Assembly: GCA_964608065.1 (NCBI GenBank)
Contig: CAZSMA010000002.1
Location: 5,887 to 29,886 of the forward strand
Direction of reading: 5' to 3'
DNA: 24,000 nt
DNA from: an uncultured Methanosarcinales archaeon
GTDB lineage: Archaea > Nanobdellota > Nanobdellia > Woesearchaeales > CAYXTQ01
The translations under genes and the position numbers were made by a program. The notes under the pieces were generated by a model that did no database searches, was not told the DNA's origin, and was given only the letters and a program-made list of their open reading frames with translations. Shown here piece by piece: positions 15,858 to 24,000 of the stretch (position 1 is the first letter of the stretch; each line of letters opens with the position of its first letter).

Positions 15858-16545
15858 CATTAAATTGTGGGATTGATGAGGCGGGGAGAAAATAGAAATT
15901 TAATAAGTAAATTTTTGTTTCCCTTTAGGTCCTGTCATCGGCCCACTAGTAATTTGTGGAGTTGCAGCTAATGATGTAGATGAGCATCTATTATATAGTA
16001 TTGGGGTTAAAGATAGTAAAGATTTAACACCTAAGATAAGAGTAATCTTAGCTGAAAAAATAAAAAAAATAATAAAAGAGTATGTTGTGATAATTGTTTC
16101 TCCGCAAGAGGTAGATAATGCTTTAAGTGACAAAGAGATGAATCTTAATTGGTTGGAAGCAGTAAAATCTGCAGAGATAATCAATAATTTAAAGCCTGAC
16201 AAAGCAATATTAGATTGTCCAAGTCCTAATCTTAAAGCTTACAAAGAATATATTGAAAAGCTTTTGAAAAAGAAGGTTGAGTTAGTTGTAAGCCATAAAG
16301 CTGACCAGTTGTATCCAATTGTGAGTGCTGCTTCAATTATAGCAAAAGTTGTTAGGGATAATGAGATAGAGAAGATAAAAAGAAAAATTGGAGTAAATTT
16401 TGGAAGCGGTTATCCTTCTGATCCATTGACTGCTGCTTTTCTGAAAGAAAACTATAACAGATACCCTGATATTTTCAGAAAAAACTGGGCTTCTTATAAA
16501 GAAATGTTGAAAAAAAAAGGCCAGAAAAGTTTAAGTGAGTTCTAA
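15854..16545 (+). CDS. rnhB: Ribonuclease HII, split gene: join(15854..15888,15927..16545)
   Basis: Exon 1 MTLNCGIDEAGR joins exon 2 GPVIGPLVICGVAANDVDEHLLYSIGVKDSKDLTPKIR... after removal of 38 nt. The downstream frame is continuous with the listed ORF 16087..16545. Confidence 0.93.
15889..15926 (+). other. 38-nt BHB intron in rnhB pre-mRNA
   Basis: GGGG|AG^A|AAATAGAAATTTA(ATAAG)TAAATTTTTGTTT|CCCT|TT^A: 13-bp inner helix, 4-bp central helix, two 3-nt bulges. In-frame TAG inside the intron; length not divisible by 3. Confidence 0.93.
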
Positions 16546-16589
16546 AACAACAAAATTTAAATATGTTCTATATTAGAAATTAATAATAC

Positions 16590-19500
16590 ATGACTAAAAT
16601 TAATAAAATGGTGCTGCATGGCTTTAAGAGCTTTGCCAAGCACACTGAACTTGTTTTTGGGGATGACTTTAATTGTGTATTGGGTCCTAATGGTAGTGGT
16701 AAATCTAATATTTTAGATGCTTTATGTTTTGTTCTTGGAAAAAGTTCAACAAAATCATTAAGGGCTGAAAAAGCTAGTAATCTGATTTATAATGGTGGAA
16801 AAAGTAAAAAGCCTGCAAAGCATGGTGAGATTAGTATTTATTTTGACAATAAGGGTAAATTGTTTCCAACAGAAGATCCTGAAGTTAAGATAACAAGGAT
16901 TGTAAGGCCTACTGGGCAAAGTATATACAAAATAAATGATAAAGTAAGGACAAGACAGCAGATTATTGATTTGTTGAATGTTGCTAAGATTGATCCTAAT
17001 GGCTATAATATAATTCTACAAGGGGATATTGTAAGATTTACAGAAATGCCTTCTGTTGAAAGAAGGATGTTGATTGAAGAAATATCTGGAATTTCGGTTT
17101 ATGAGGAGAAAAAGCACAAAGCAATGCTGGAGTTACAGAAAGTTGATCAGAAACTAAATGATGCTGGATTAATACTTAAAGAAAGAAACACTTACTTAAA
17201 GGAATTGAAAAAGGACAGAGACCATGCTTTGAAGTATAAGGATATGAGTGATAAGATAAAGCAGTATAATGCTTCTTATTTGAATATTCAGATAGACAAA
17301 GAGGAAAAAATAGAGATAGACTTAAAAAAAAAAATAGAAGGAAAAAAAACAGAGCTTGAAAAACTTAATTCTAAGATATCAGAATTAAAAAAACAGAATG
17401 AGGAAAAGAAAGGAGTAATAGAAGATATTTCAAAAGAGATAGAAGAAAAAGGAGAAAAAGGGCAGGTTGAGCTTAACAAGGAGATAGAGGCATTAAAGAT
17501 ATTGATGACAAGGCATAGTTCAAGGATTGAGACATGTAAGCAGGAGATAGAAAAGATAAATAAAAGAAAAAAGGATTTGAAAGGAGAGGACCAGGAGACT
17601 TATAAAAAAGTTGAAGATCTTAATAATTCAAAGAAAGAGTATGAAGAAGAGATCAATAAATTAAAAAAACAAAGTTCTGAGATTGAAACTAGGATTAATA
17701 AATTTAAGGAGAAAAACAAAATAGATGCTGCTGTTGATCTGGAGAAAGAGATTGATAAACTAGACAAGGATTCTGAAGGTTTGCAGAAAGGGATACAAGG
17801 TTTAAGGGAAGAAGAGCATAATTTATTGAGACAGAAAGACAGGATTGAGCATAATTTATCTATTATTGATGAAAAGATTGAGAAAGTCAAGGAAATAGAG
17901 AAAGAGTATAAAGATGATATAGATGCTGTAAGAGAGAAAAGATATGAATTCAAGAATCTTACTGTAGAATTAAATAAAAAATTAAGTGAAGATACTTCTA
18001 TATCCCAGCAGATTGCAGAGAATAGGAAAAAAATGACAGAATCTATTGAAAAACTTTCTAAACTAGAAGCAAGGGCTATGGGTATTAAAGAGAATATAAT
18101 AGCGGATATTGCTGTTAAAAAGATATTAGGATTAAAGAAAGCTGGTGTTTATGGGACTGTAGCTGATTTGGGAGAAGTCAATTCAAAATATGCTTTGGCA
18201 TTGGAGATAGCAGCTGGTCCTAGGCTGAAAAGCATTGTTGTGGATGATGATAAGATTGCAAGAGACTGTATCAAATATTTGAAAGATAATAAATTGGGAT
18301 TTGCTACATTTTTACCATTAAATAAAATAAAAGCAAAGAATACAAATGCGGAAGTCAAAAAATTGTCTAAAGCACAGGGCAGCTATGGAGTTGCTATTGA
18401 CCTTGTTTCTTTTGATCCAAAGTTTAAGGCTGCTTTTGAACATATTTTTGCAAATACACTTATTGTTGAAAATATAGATACTGCAAGAAGATTAGGAATA
18501 GGGAATGCAAAGATGGTTACAATGGACGGAGATATCACAGATGTCAGTGGGGTTATGCAGGGTGGTTTCAGGCAGAGGAAAAAGCAGAGCTATGGGTTTA
18601 AAGAAAAAGAGGTTTCTAAAAATATTAAAGAATGTGGAAAACAGATTGATGAGTCTAAAAAGATTATATCTACACTGGAAAAAAGGAGAGAGGAATTAGA
18701 AGAGAGGATTGAGTCATTAAGAACTGAAAAAGCAAATCTTGAAGGAGAGATAATAAAGACTGAGAAAGGTCTGCATCTGGAAGCTGGTGATGTTGATTTA
18801 TCTAGAAAGCAGAAAGGAGATTTTGAGAAAGACCTTGAAAAAACAGATAAATCAATCTCTGAATTACAGGATAAGACAAGGGATAAAAACAAAGAGCTTA
18901 CATCTTATAAGATAAAAAGACAGGAATTAAGGAATAAAATAGCACAGCTTAGAGATCCTGTTTTATTGGCTGAGTTAAGCGCTTTTCAGGAGAAAAAGAG
19001 AGAGATAAGTGAGGAAATAATAAAATATGAATCTGAAATGAAGAATTTTGATACCCAGATAGGCATGTATGAGCAAGATACTGGGAAGACAACTGAAATA
19101 ATAAAACAGCTGGAAAAAGAAGGAATAAGCTTTAATGAAGAAATCAAGAAAACTACAGAAGTGTTAGAAGATAAGGAAAAGCTTTTGGCTGAGAAAGAAG
19201 AGAAAGCTAAAGATTTCTATGCTAAATTCAAATCATTGTTTGACAAAAGGAATAAATTCAGTGGTGAGATACAGGGAACTGAAAGAGATGTTGATGAAAA
19301 ACAGGTTAAAAGCAGAGATATTGAGATACAGGTTAATACTCATTCCTTAAAAAAGGCCGAGATCACTGCTAAGCTAAGTGCTTTGAACCATGAGTTTGAG
19401 CAGTATCATGGTGTTGAAATTGTTTCCAAACCAGAGGAAGAGCTAAAAAGTGAAATTTCAAAGTTTGAGAAGATGAGAGACGATATTGGAAGTGTAAATA

Positions 19501-20075
19501 TGCGGGCTTTAGAGATCTATGAAGAAGTAGAGAAAGAGTACAATAATTTGTTGGAGAAGAAAGATACATTATTGAATGAGAAAGAAGCTGTTGAAGGGAT
19601 GATGAATGAGATTGATGGAAAGAAAAAAAGCTTGTTTATGCAGACTTATGATGTTATAACAGAGAATTTCAAGAGGATATTTGCTTTACTGACTAAGAAA
19701 GGTGATGCTCATTTAGATCTTGAAAATAAAGAGAATCCATTTGAAGGTGGGCTTAATATTAAGGTTAAGATAATAGGGAATAAGTTTTTGGATATAAGAA
19801 GTTTAAGTGGAGGGGAGAAGACATTGACTGCTTTGGCTTTTATTTTTGCTATACAGGAACACGAGCCTGCTAAGTTCTATATTTTAGATGAGGTTGATGC
19901 TGCTTTGGATAAACATAATTCTGAGAAGTTTGCTAGCTTGATTAAAAAGTACTCAGAGAACGCCCAGTATATTATTATTTCCCATAATGATTCTGTTATC
20001 TCAGCTGCTAATAATCTGTATGGAATTTCTATGAATGAGCACGGTATTAGCCAGGCTGTTAGTTTAAAGATTTAG
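16590..20075 (+). CDS. smc: Chromosome segregation ATPase SMC
   Basis: FKSFAKHTELVFGDDFNCVLGPNGSGKSNI, long coiled coils, hinge (YGTVADLGEV...), LSGGEKTLTALAFIFAI and YILDEVDAALD. Confidence 0.97.
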   Translation: MTKINKMVLHGFKSFAKHTELVFGDDFNCVLGPNGSGKSNILDALCFVLGKSSTKSLRAEKASNLIYNGGKSKKPAKHGEISIYFDNKGKLFPTEDPEVKITRIVRPTGQSIYKINDKVRTRQQIIDLLNVAKIDPNGYNIILQGDIVRFTEMPSVERRMLIEEISGISVYEEKKHKAMLELQKVDQKLNDAGLILKERNTYLKELKKDRDHALKYKDMSDKIKQYNASYLNIQIDKEEKIEIDLKKKIEGKKTELEKLNSKISELKKQNEEKKGVIEDISKEIEEKGEKGQVELNKEIEALKILMTRHSSRIETCKQEIEKINKRKKDLKGEDQETYKKVEDLNNSKKEYEEEINKLKKQSSEIETRINKFKEKNKIDAAVDLEKEIDKLDKDSEGLQKGIQGLREEEHNLLRQKDRIEHNLSIIDEKIEKVKEIEKEYKDDIDAVREKRYEFKNLTVELNKKLSEDTSISQQIAENRKKMTESIEKLSKLEARAMGIKENIIADIAVKKILGLKKAGVYGTVADLGEVNSKYALALEIAAGPRLKSIVVDDDKIARDCIKYLKDNKLGFATFLPLNKIKAKNTNAEVKKLSKAQGSYGVAIDLVSFDPKFKAAFEHIFANTLIVENIDTARRLGIGNAKMVTMDGDITDVSGVMQGGFRQRKKQSYGFKEKEVSKNIKECGKQIDESKKIISTLEKRREELEERIESLRTEKANLEGEIIKTEKGLHLEAGDVDLSRKQKGDFEKDLEKTDKSISELQDKTRDKNKELTSYKIKRQELRNKIAQLRDPVLLAELSAFQEKKREISEEIIKYESEMKNFDTQIGMYEQDTGKTTEIIKQLEKEGISFNEEIKKTTEVLEDKEKLLAEKEEKAKDFYAKFKSLFDKRNKFSGEIQGTERDVDEKQVKSRDIEIQVNTHSLKKAEITAKLSALNHEFEQYHGVEIVSKPEEELKSEISKFEKMRDDIGSVNMRALEIYEEVEKEYNNLLEKKDTLLNEKEAVEGMMNEIDGKKKSLFMQTYDVITENFKRIFALLTKKGDAHLDLENKENPFEGGLNIKVKIIGNKFLDIRSLSGGEKTLTALAFIFAIQEHEPAKFYILDEVDAALDKHNSEKFASLIKKYSENAQYIIISHNDSVISAANNLYGISMNEHGISQAVSLKI

Positions 20076-21202
20076 AAGCTGTTTAATGTCTTGATAATAT
20101 TATTAGCAGTTATATCCCAACTAAATCTTTCTAAAGCTGTTTTTCTGGCGTTTTTTCCTAATGTTTGTCTTAGTTTTTTGTTGTTAATTAATTGTTCTAA
20201 TTTTAATGAAAGAACTAAATCGTTTTTTTTTGGAAAGAATAGTCCGTTTTCCTTGTCTTTGATATATTCTTTTACATAGCCAACTTTAGTTGCAATAACA
20301 GGCAAACCGCAAGACATTGCTTCCATGGTAGCTAAAGACGATGTTTCTGTTAAGCTTGGCAATACAAATATGTCCATTGCCTGTAAATAAGGCAGAACAT
20401 CATCTACAAAGCCAGTAATCTTTACATCCCCTAATTGCTTAAGTTTTGAGATATTCTTTTTCTTACCCCAACCAACTATTAACAAGAAAGTATTGTATTC
20501 TTTTTTTTTTTTTAAACGGAGAAAGGCTTTGTATAATGTAGAAATGCTTTTTTCTTTGCTTATTCTACCGCAATAGCCAATGACTGTGTAGTTCTCTAAT
20601 CCTATTTTTTTTTTTAATTCCAGATTGCTTTCAGTTGGTTTAAAGAGGTCTGTGTCTATGCCTAAAGGTATTACAATTTTTTTTCTTATTATTTTGTTTT
20701 TCTTTAAAGTCTCAACAACGCTTTTTGATGGGGAAATAATCAGATTGCATTTGTTGTAGATTCTTCTGATTATTGATTTGATGTGTGGGCCAACCAGAAT
20801 ATGCATGGATTTTCTGGTTATTGCGTTTTTTATCAGTTCCCATTCAATGACATGTGCTGTGTGTATTATTGGTTTTTTAATTTTAGATGCACGGTAAATC
20901 GCAGATATTCCTAATGGACCCATTATCTGATTCCATAATATATCGCAGTTTTCAACTTCTTTTTTTATTAATTTGTTGAAAGGTTTGGCAGGTTTGTAGC
21001 CTGCTATCTTAAACTTGAAGGATTTTAGAAATTTAACATTTACACCTTTGTATCTTTCAGGATGATATTTGTTGTTATGCTCTGGAGCTAATACTGTTAT
21101 TTTAAATTTATCTTTGATTCTAGGAATGACTTCGTGCAGGTAACGTGCAACTCCATCTTTTAAATCAAGAAAGGAGTCTGTTGTTATTAATAATTTTTTC
21201 AT
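20072..21202 (-). CDS. GT4-type glycosyltransferase
   Basis: GYCGRISKEKSISTLYKAF, FVLPSLTETSSLATMEAMSCGLPVIATKVGYVKEYI. Confidence 0.9.
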   Translation of the reverse strand: MKKLLITTDSFLDLKDGVARYLHEVIPRIKDKFKITVLAPEHNNKYHPERYKGVNVKFLKSFKFKIAGYKPAKPFNKLIKKEVENCDILWNQIMGPLGISAIYRASKIKKPIIHTAHVIEWELIKNAITRKSMHILVGPHIKSIIRRIYNKCNLIISPSKSVVETLKKNKIIRKKIVIPLGIDTDLFKPTESNLELKKKIGLENYTVIGYCGRISKEKSISTLYKAFLRLKKKKEYNTFLLIVGWGKKKNISKLKQLGDVKITGFVDDVLPYLQAMDIFVLPSLTETSSLATMEAMSCGLPVIATKVGYVKEYIKDKENGLFFPKKNDLVLSLKLEQLINNKKLRQTLGKNARKTALERFSWDITANNIIKTLNSF

Positions 21203-21205
21203 AAT

Positions 21206-21850
21206 TCACCTTGCTTTATGAAAGACTTCAGCGAATTTGCAATTGTTCCCTAATCCGTTTAGAAAGTCTTTTGTGTAGACGTTCCATAACAGCATCAGCA
21301 ACACTATTTTCTGGCTTTGATGACACTTTAAGGCTTTTATTTTAAGTTTGAATGTTTTGCTTGTGTCAATTACCAGTTTAGGCTCTGTTCTTTTTCTAAT
21401 CCTTATTGGATTCCATACATCAAATGTATAAACACTTTTTTTATAATCTATTTTATCAACAACTTCAAGTACTGCTTTGTTTATAGCTCTGTGGTCTGGG
21501 TGAGGATCGTCTTCTCCGTGTATGAATATCTTATCAGGGTTGTATGATTTTATTATATCTGCTATTTTATTTTGCGATGATTTTCTTTTTAATAATTTTT
21601 CAAGATGGAGGTCTGCTAATCCCAATACTTCTGTTTCTGGATTGCCTAGTATTTCATCTCCTTTTTTACATTCATCATTTCTTACTTTAATGCCCTCTCT
21701 TTTTTTTAGTATTGGATTGCTTTGTTCCCCTGTTGTCATAATTACAATCTTTACTTTCTTTTTTTCCCTTAGATAATTAGCTATGGTTCCACCAAGACCG
21801 AATAGATGGTCATCATTATGTGCGCAAAAAATGAGTATTTTTTCTATCAT
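21206..21850 (-). CDS. PIG-L/LmbE-family deacetylase
   Basis: ILIFCAHNDDHLFGLGGTIANYL and HGEDDPHPDHRAINKAV zinc/deacetylase motifs. Confidence 0.92.
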   Translation of the reverse strand: MIEKILIFCAHNDDHLFGLGGTIANYLREKKKVKIVIMTTGEQSNPILKKREGIKVRNDECKKGDEILGNPETEVLGLADLHLEKLLKRKSSQNKIADIIKSYNPDKIFIHGEDDPHPDHRAINKAVLEVVDKIDYKKSVYTFDVWNPIRIRKRTEPKLVIDTSKTFKLKIKALKCHQSQKIVLLMLLWNVYTKDFLNGLGNNCKFAEVFHKAR

Positions 21851-21902
21851 GTTATTGTTATTATATTATTGTCTAGTTTAAAAAAGTTGTGGTAAGAATA
21901 AA

Positions 21903-22058
21903 TGCGTCGGCCGGGATTCGAACCCGGATAAATGGCTTGGAAGGCCATTGTCATCTCCAGCAACTGGTTGCGAGCCGTCAGGCGAGCAAGTCCAACTTTA
22001 TGTTGGACATTGCGTGTCGACCGAGCGTAACCAGTCGTAGCCGTTAGACCACCAACGC
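21903..22058 (-). tRNA. tRNA-Gly(UCC) with one 82-nt D-loop BHB intron (mature form 74 nt)
   Basis: Mature: GCGTTGG TG GTCT AACGGCTAGA TGAC A ATGGC CTTCCAA GCCAT TTAT CCGGG TTCGAAT CCCGG CCGACGC A. Confidence 0.9.
21956..22037 (-). other. 82-nt BHB-like intron in tRNA-Gly D-loop
   Basis: CGGC|TA^C|GACTGGTT ... AACCAGTT|GCTG|GA^G; core homologous to the tRNA-Ser T-loop intron. Confidence 0.8.
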
Positions 22059-22144
22059 ATAAGTAGTATGGATTTAGAATATTATTTATAAATGTTATTG
22101 TTTGGAAACATTTATATAATAATTAATCCTATATTTGATAAAGT

Positions 22145-22855
22145 AACCTACTGTGGGCTGAAGCCCACAGCATTGCATGATGGCACAGACCATCAGGCAC
22201 AAAAACCAGACAATGATTTTTGTGCTTTCATAAGATTTTGGTTACGTCGAGCATTCCTGATGTAAGCTTTAAAATTAAACTTACAGTTAGGATTATTTTG
22301 CTGGTTGATGTAATTCCTAATTACATCAGTTGTAACATTACCAACAGAACGAAAAAACTTGCCTCGACTCCACATTCCACCTTTCCAGTAATAATGGTGT
22401 AGCAAATCTGGAAAAGATTTGGAAAGCATTCGTGAAGAGATGCCTTTCAAAAGCTGAAAAGCTTTTGACACTGCAACATTTGGTGTAATATCAACAAACA
22501 AGTGGATGTGGTCAACGCCAATTTCAAGCTCAAAAATTTCAAATTTGTGTTTGTTGCAGATTGCCTGCAAAACACTTCCACAGGCGAACTTAAGTTCCTT
22601 GTGCTCAAAAATTTTGTGCCTAAATCTTGGGCACCATACAAAGTGGTATGAGTTTTGACCAACTGCGTGGTTAAAAACTTTTAATTCCATTTTCGTTGCC
22701 TCCGCGCAACGAGAGTTTACACTAACCATACCGCAAAAATGGTTGAGTGCGCCGAAAATTCGATGCGCACTCATTTATAATTAAAAATGGTAGAAAAACT
22801 TAACGAAGGAGGACCTCAATTCCTCACAACACAGATGTGTTGTGTATCCTTGAGG
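22145..22855 (-). mobile_element. IS200-like element, tnpA only (boundaries approximate)
   Basis: Y1 transposase ORF flanked by terminal hairpins CTGTGGGCT-GA-AGCCCACAG (22151-22170) and CACAACACA-GA-TGTGTTGTG (22825-22844). Confidence 0.75.
22193..22690 (-). CDS. tnpA: IS200/IS605-family Y1 transposase TnpA
   Basis: YHFVWCPRFRHKIF...FEIFELEIGVDHIHLFVDI (HUH), KAFQLLKGISSRML, MWSRGKFFRSVGNVTTDVIRNYINQQ (Tyr motif). Start taken as MELKVFNH; the ORF is open to 22774. Confidence 0.92.
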   Translation of the reverse strand: MELKVFNHAVGQNSYHFVWCPRFRHKIFEHKELKFACGSVLQAICNKHKFEIFELEIGVDHIHLFVDITPNVAVSKAFQLLKGISSRMLSKSFPDLLHHYYWKGGMWSRGKFFRSVGNVTTDVIRNYINQQNNPNCKFNFKAYIRNARRNQNLMKAQKSLSGFCA

Positions 22856-22863
22856 TGGATGTA

Positions 22864-22956
22864 ATGAAACTATTTAAACAAGCAAAGATAAAACCAATAG
22901 TTACAATAATTATAATAGTTGTTGTAGCTTATTTGTTATGGAGATTTGTTTTTTAA
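22864..22956 (+). CDS. Tiny single-TM protein (30 aa)
   Basis: MKLFKQAKIKPIVTIIIIVVVAYLLWRFVF* starts immediately after the IS right end. Confidence 0.4.
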   Translation: MKLFKQAKIKPIVTIIIIVVVAYLLWRFVF

Positions 22957-23987
22957 AGTAATCTTCTTAGATTATTTGTAAATCGCTTGAAATCATGGTC
23001 TTTGATGCAGGCTCCGCAGGCATATTCATGCCCCCCGCCATAGCCTTCAATTCCTACTAAGGCTTGTTCTAATGCTTTTGAAAGCTTTACTTTGGGTCCT
23101 GACCTTAAGCTGCATTTAAATTCTCCTGATTTCTCTCTTCCTACTAAAATAACCTTATCTGGAAACTTATGCAATAACTCATTTGATATATCTCCTGTAA
23201 GAGACATCTTTTTTACAGTGTATGTGTAAACTAATAGTTTATCGTCTGTTACTTTGCTTAATATATCCTCCATTATGCTGTCGTATTCTTTTTTTATTTT
23301 TTCGTATTTTTTGTAGATATAGTTTCCTGCAGATGTTTTTTGCTGCAGTATTTCATTTGGATCTTTTATTCTTGTCAATATTTTAACGCATTTCATTGCA
23401 TCCTGTGTTGTTCCTTTCAGAATAAATGAGAATATTTTTATTAATTCTCCCAGTTTTGTTGTGTATAATATGTCACCAGGGTTTTTCATTGGTTTTGGAA
23501 GCAAGTGGGGATATTTCTTGCTGAATTCCTCAATAAAGTCTGGAATAAACCAGTCTCCTACTGCACCAACAGCTGATATCCACATATTTTTTTTTGTAAC
23601 TTCATAGCATAAGTAAGAAACTGGAACATTATCATTGTTATTAGTTCTTGGGTTGAAGTATTTGACATTATCCAGATTTAAAGGGTTGTGGTGGTCTATC
23701 CATATTATTGGGCGCTTTACTTTGTCTACAAATTCTTGCTCGACTAATGCTATGTCTAAGATGAAGATTTTGTCAGGATTGTATTCTTCCACTATTCTTA
23801 TGAATTTATTGTCAATTCTTGGATATGTCTTTACTACAACACCTTTTCCTTCTCCAATATACCTGTATAATAATAAGAAAGAAGATAGTCCATCAGGATC
23901 ATCATGAAAAAAGAATAAAGGCTTCTGAGAATTCTTAAGTTCTTCCCTGATTTTTTCAAATTGTTTTTCTGTTAACATTTCTTTCAC
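22953..23987 (-). CDS. DHH/DHHA1-family phosphoesterase (RecJ-like)
   Basis: FFHDDPDGLSSFLLLYRY, FILDIALVE, IWIDHHNP and GYGGGHEYACGACI motifs. Confidence 0.92.
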   Translation of the reverse strand: MKEMLTEKQFEKIREELKNSQKPLFFFHDDPDGLSSFLLLYRYIGEGKGVVVKTYPRIDNKFIRIVEEYNPDKIFILDIALVEQEFVDKVKRPIIWIDHHNPLNLDNVKYFNPRTNNNDNVPVSYLCYEVTKKNMWISAVGAVGDWFIPDFIEEFSKKYPHLLPKPMKNPGDILYTTKLGELIKIFSFILKGTTQDAMKCVKILTRIKDPNEILQQKTSAGNYIYKKYEKIKKEYDSIMEDILSKVTDDKLLVYTYTVKKMSLTGDISNELLHKFPDKVILVGREKSGEFKCSLRSGPKVKLSKALEQALVGIEGYGGGHEYACGACIKDHDFKRFTNNLRRLL

Positions 23988-24000
23988 CTAGACAAAAAAA

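Noticed and set aside
15854-15930. Programmed frameshift or pseudogene explanation for broken rnhB
   Set aside because: A 38-nt insertion with in-frame TAG, a perfect BHB fold and exact restoration of GIDEAGRGPV fits splicing much better than frameshifting; exon 2 is otherwise intact.
21903-22058. Intron placement between the D-stem and anticodon stem of tRNA-Gly, flanked by GAC direct repeats
   Set aside because: None of the possible shifted boundaries gives a complementary 4-bp BHB helix; D-loop placement does (CGGC/GCTG).
1-24000. CRISPR arrays, anti-phage systems, rRNA genes
   Set aside because: No regularly spaced direct repeats and no recognisable cas, restriction, toxin-antitoxin or rRNA sequence seen by reading.

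Overview
24 kb of a compact AT-rich archaeal genome. The gene content (Orc1/Cdc6, SMC, PIN-ATPase-KH protein, DUF371-like protein, TFB-type zinc ribbon, TATA-led genes) looks like a DPANN/Woesearchaeota-type lineage; that lineage call is inference. Most of the window is ordinary single-copy genes. The exception is 11.2-16.5 kb plus the tRNA-Gly at 21.9 kb, which is unusually rich in archaeal bulge-helix-bulge (BHB) introns. All introns below were found by hand folding. (i) The ribonuclease HII gene is split by a 38-nt BHB intron inside its catalytic GIDEAGRGPVIG motif. (ii) The initiator tRNA-Met carries three mini-introns of 32, 31 and 31 nt. (iii) tRNA-Ser(GCU) carries three introns of 15, 14 and 82 nt. 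(iv) tRNA-Gly(UCC) carries an 82-nt D-loop intron whose ~72-nt core is nearly identical to the T-loop intron of tRNA-Ser, with a compensatory base-pair change. (v) Three LAGLIDADG homing-endonuclease genes lie beside, not inside, the intron-bearing genes tRNA-Ser, tRNA-iMet and rnhB. All three share the same palindromic element (CACTGGCCAAGTG..CGTRAGG) abutting the TATA box, and two of them share an almost identical 89-nt promoter/leader. My main hypothesis is a co-regulated set of free-standing homing endonucleases acting in trans on BHB mini-introns. Related clusters of triloop hairpins with a GGACA spacer, and a lone IS200-like tnpA, are also noted.
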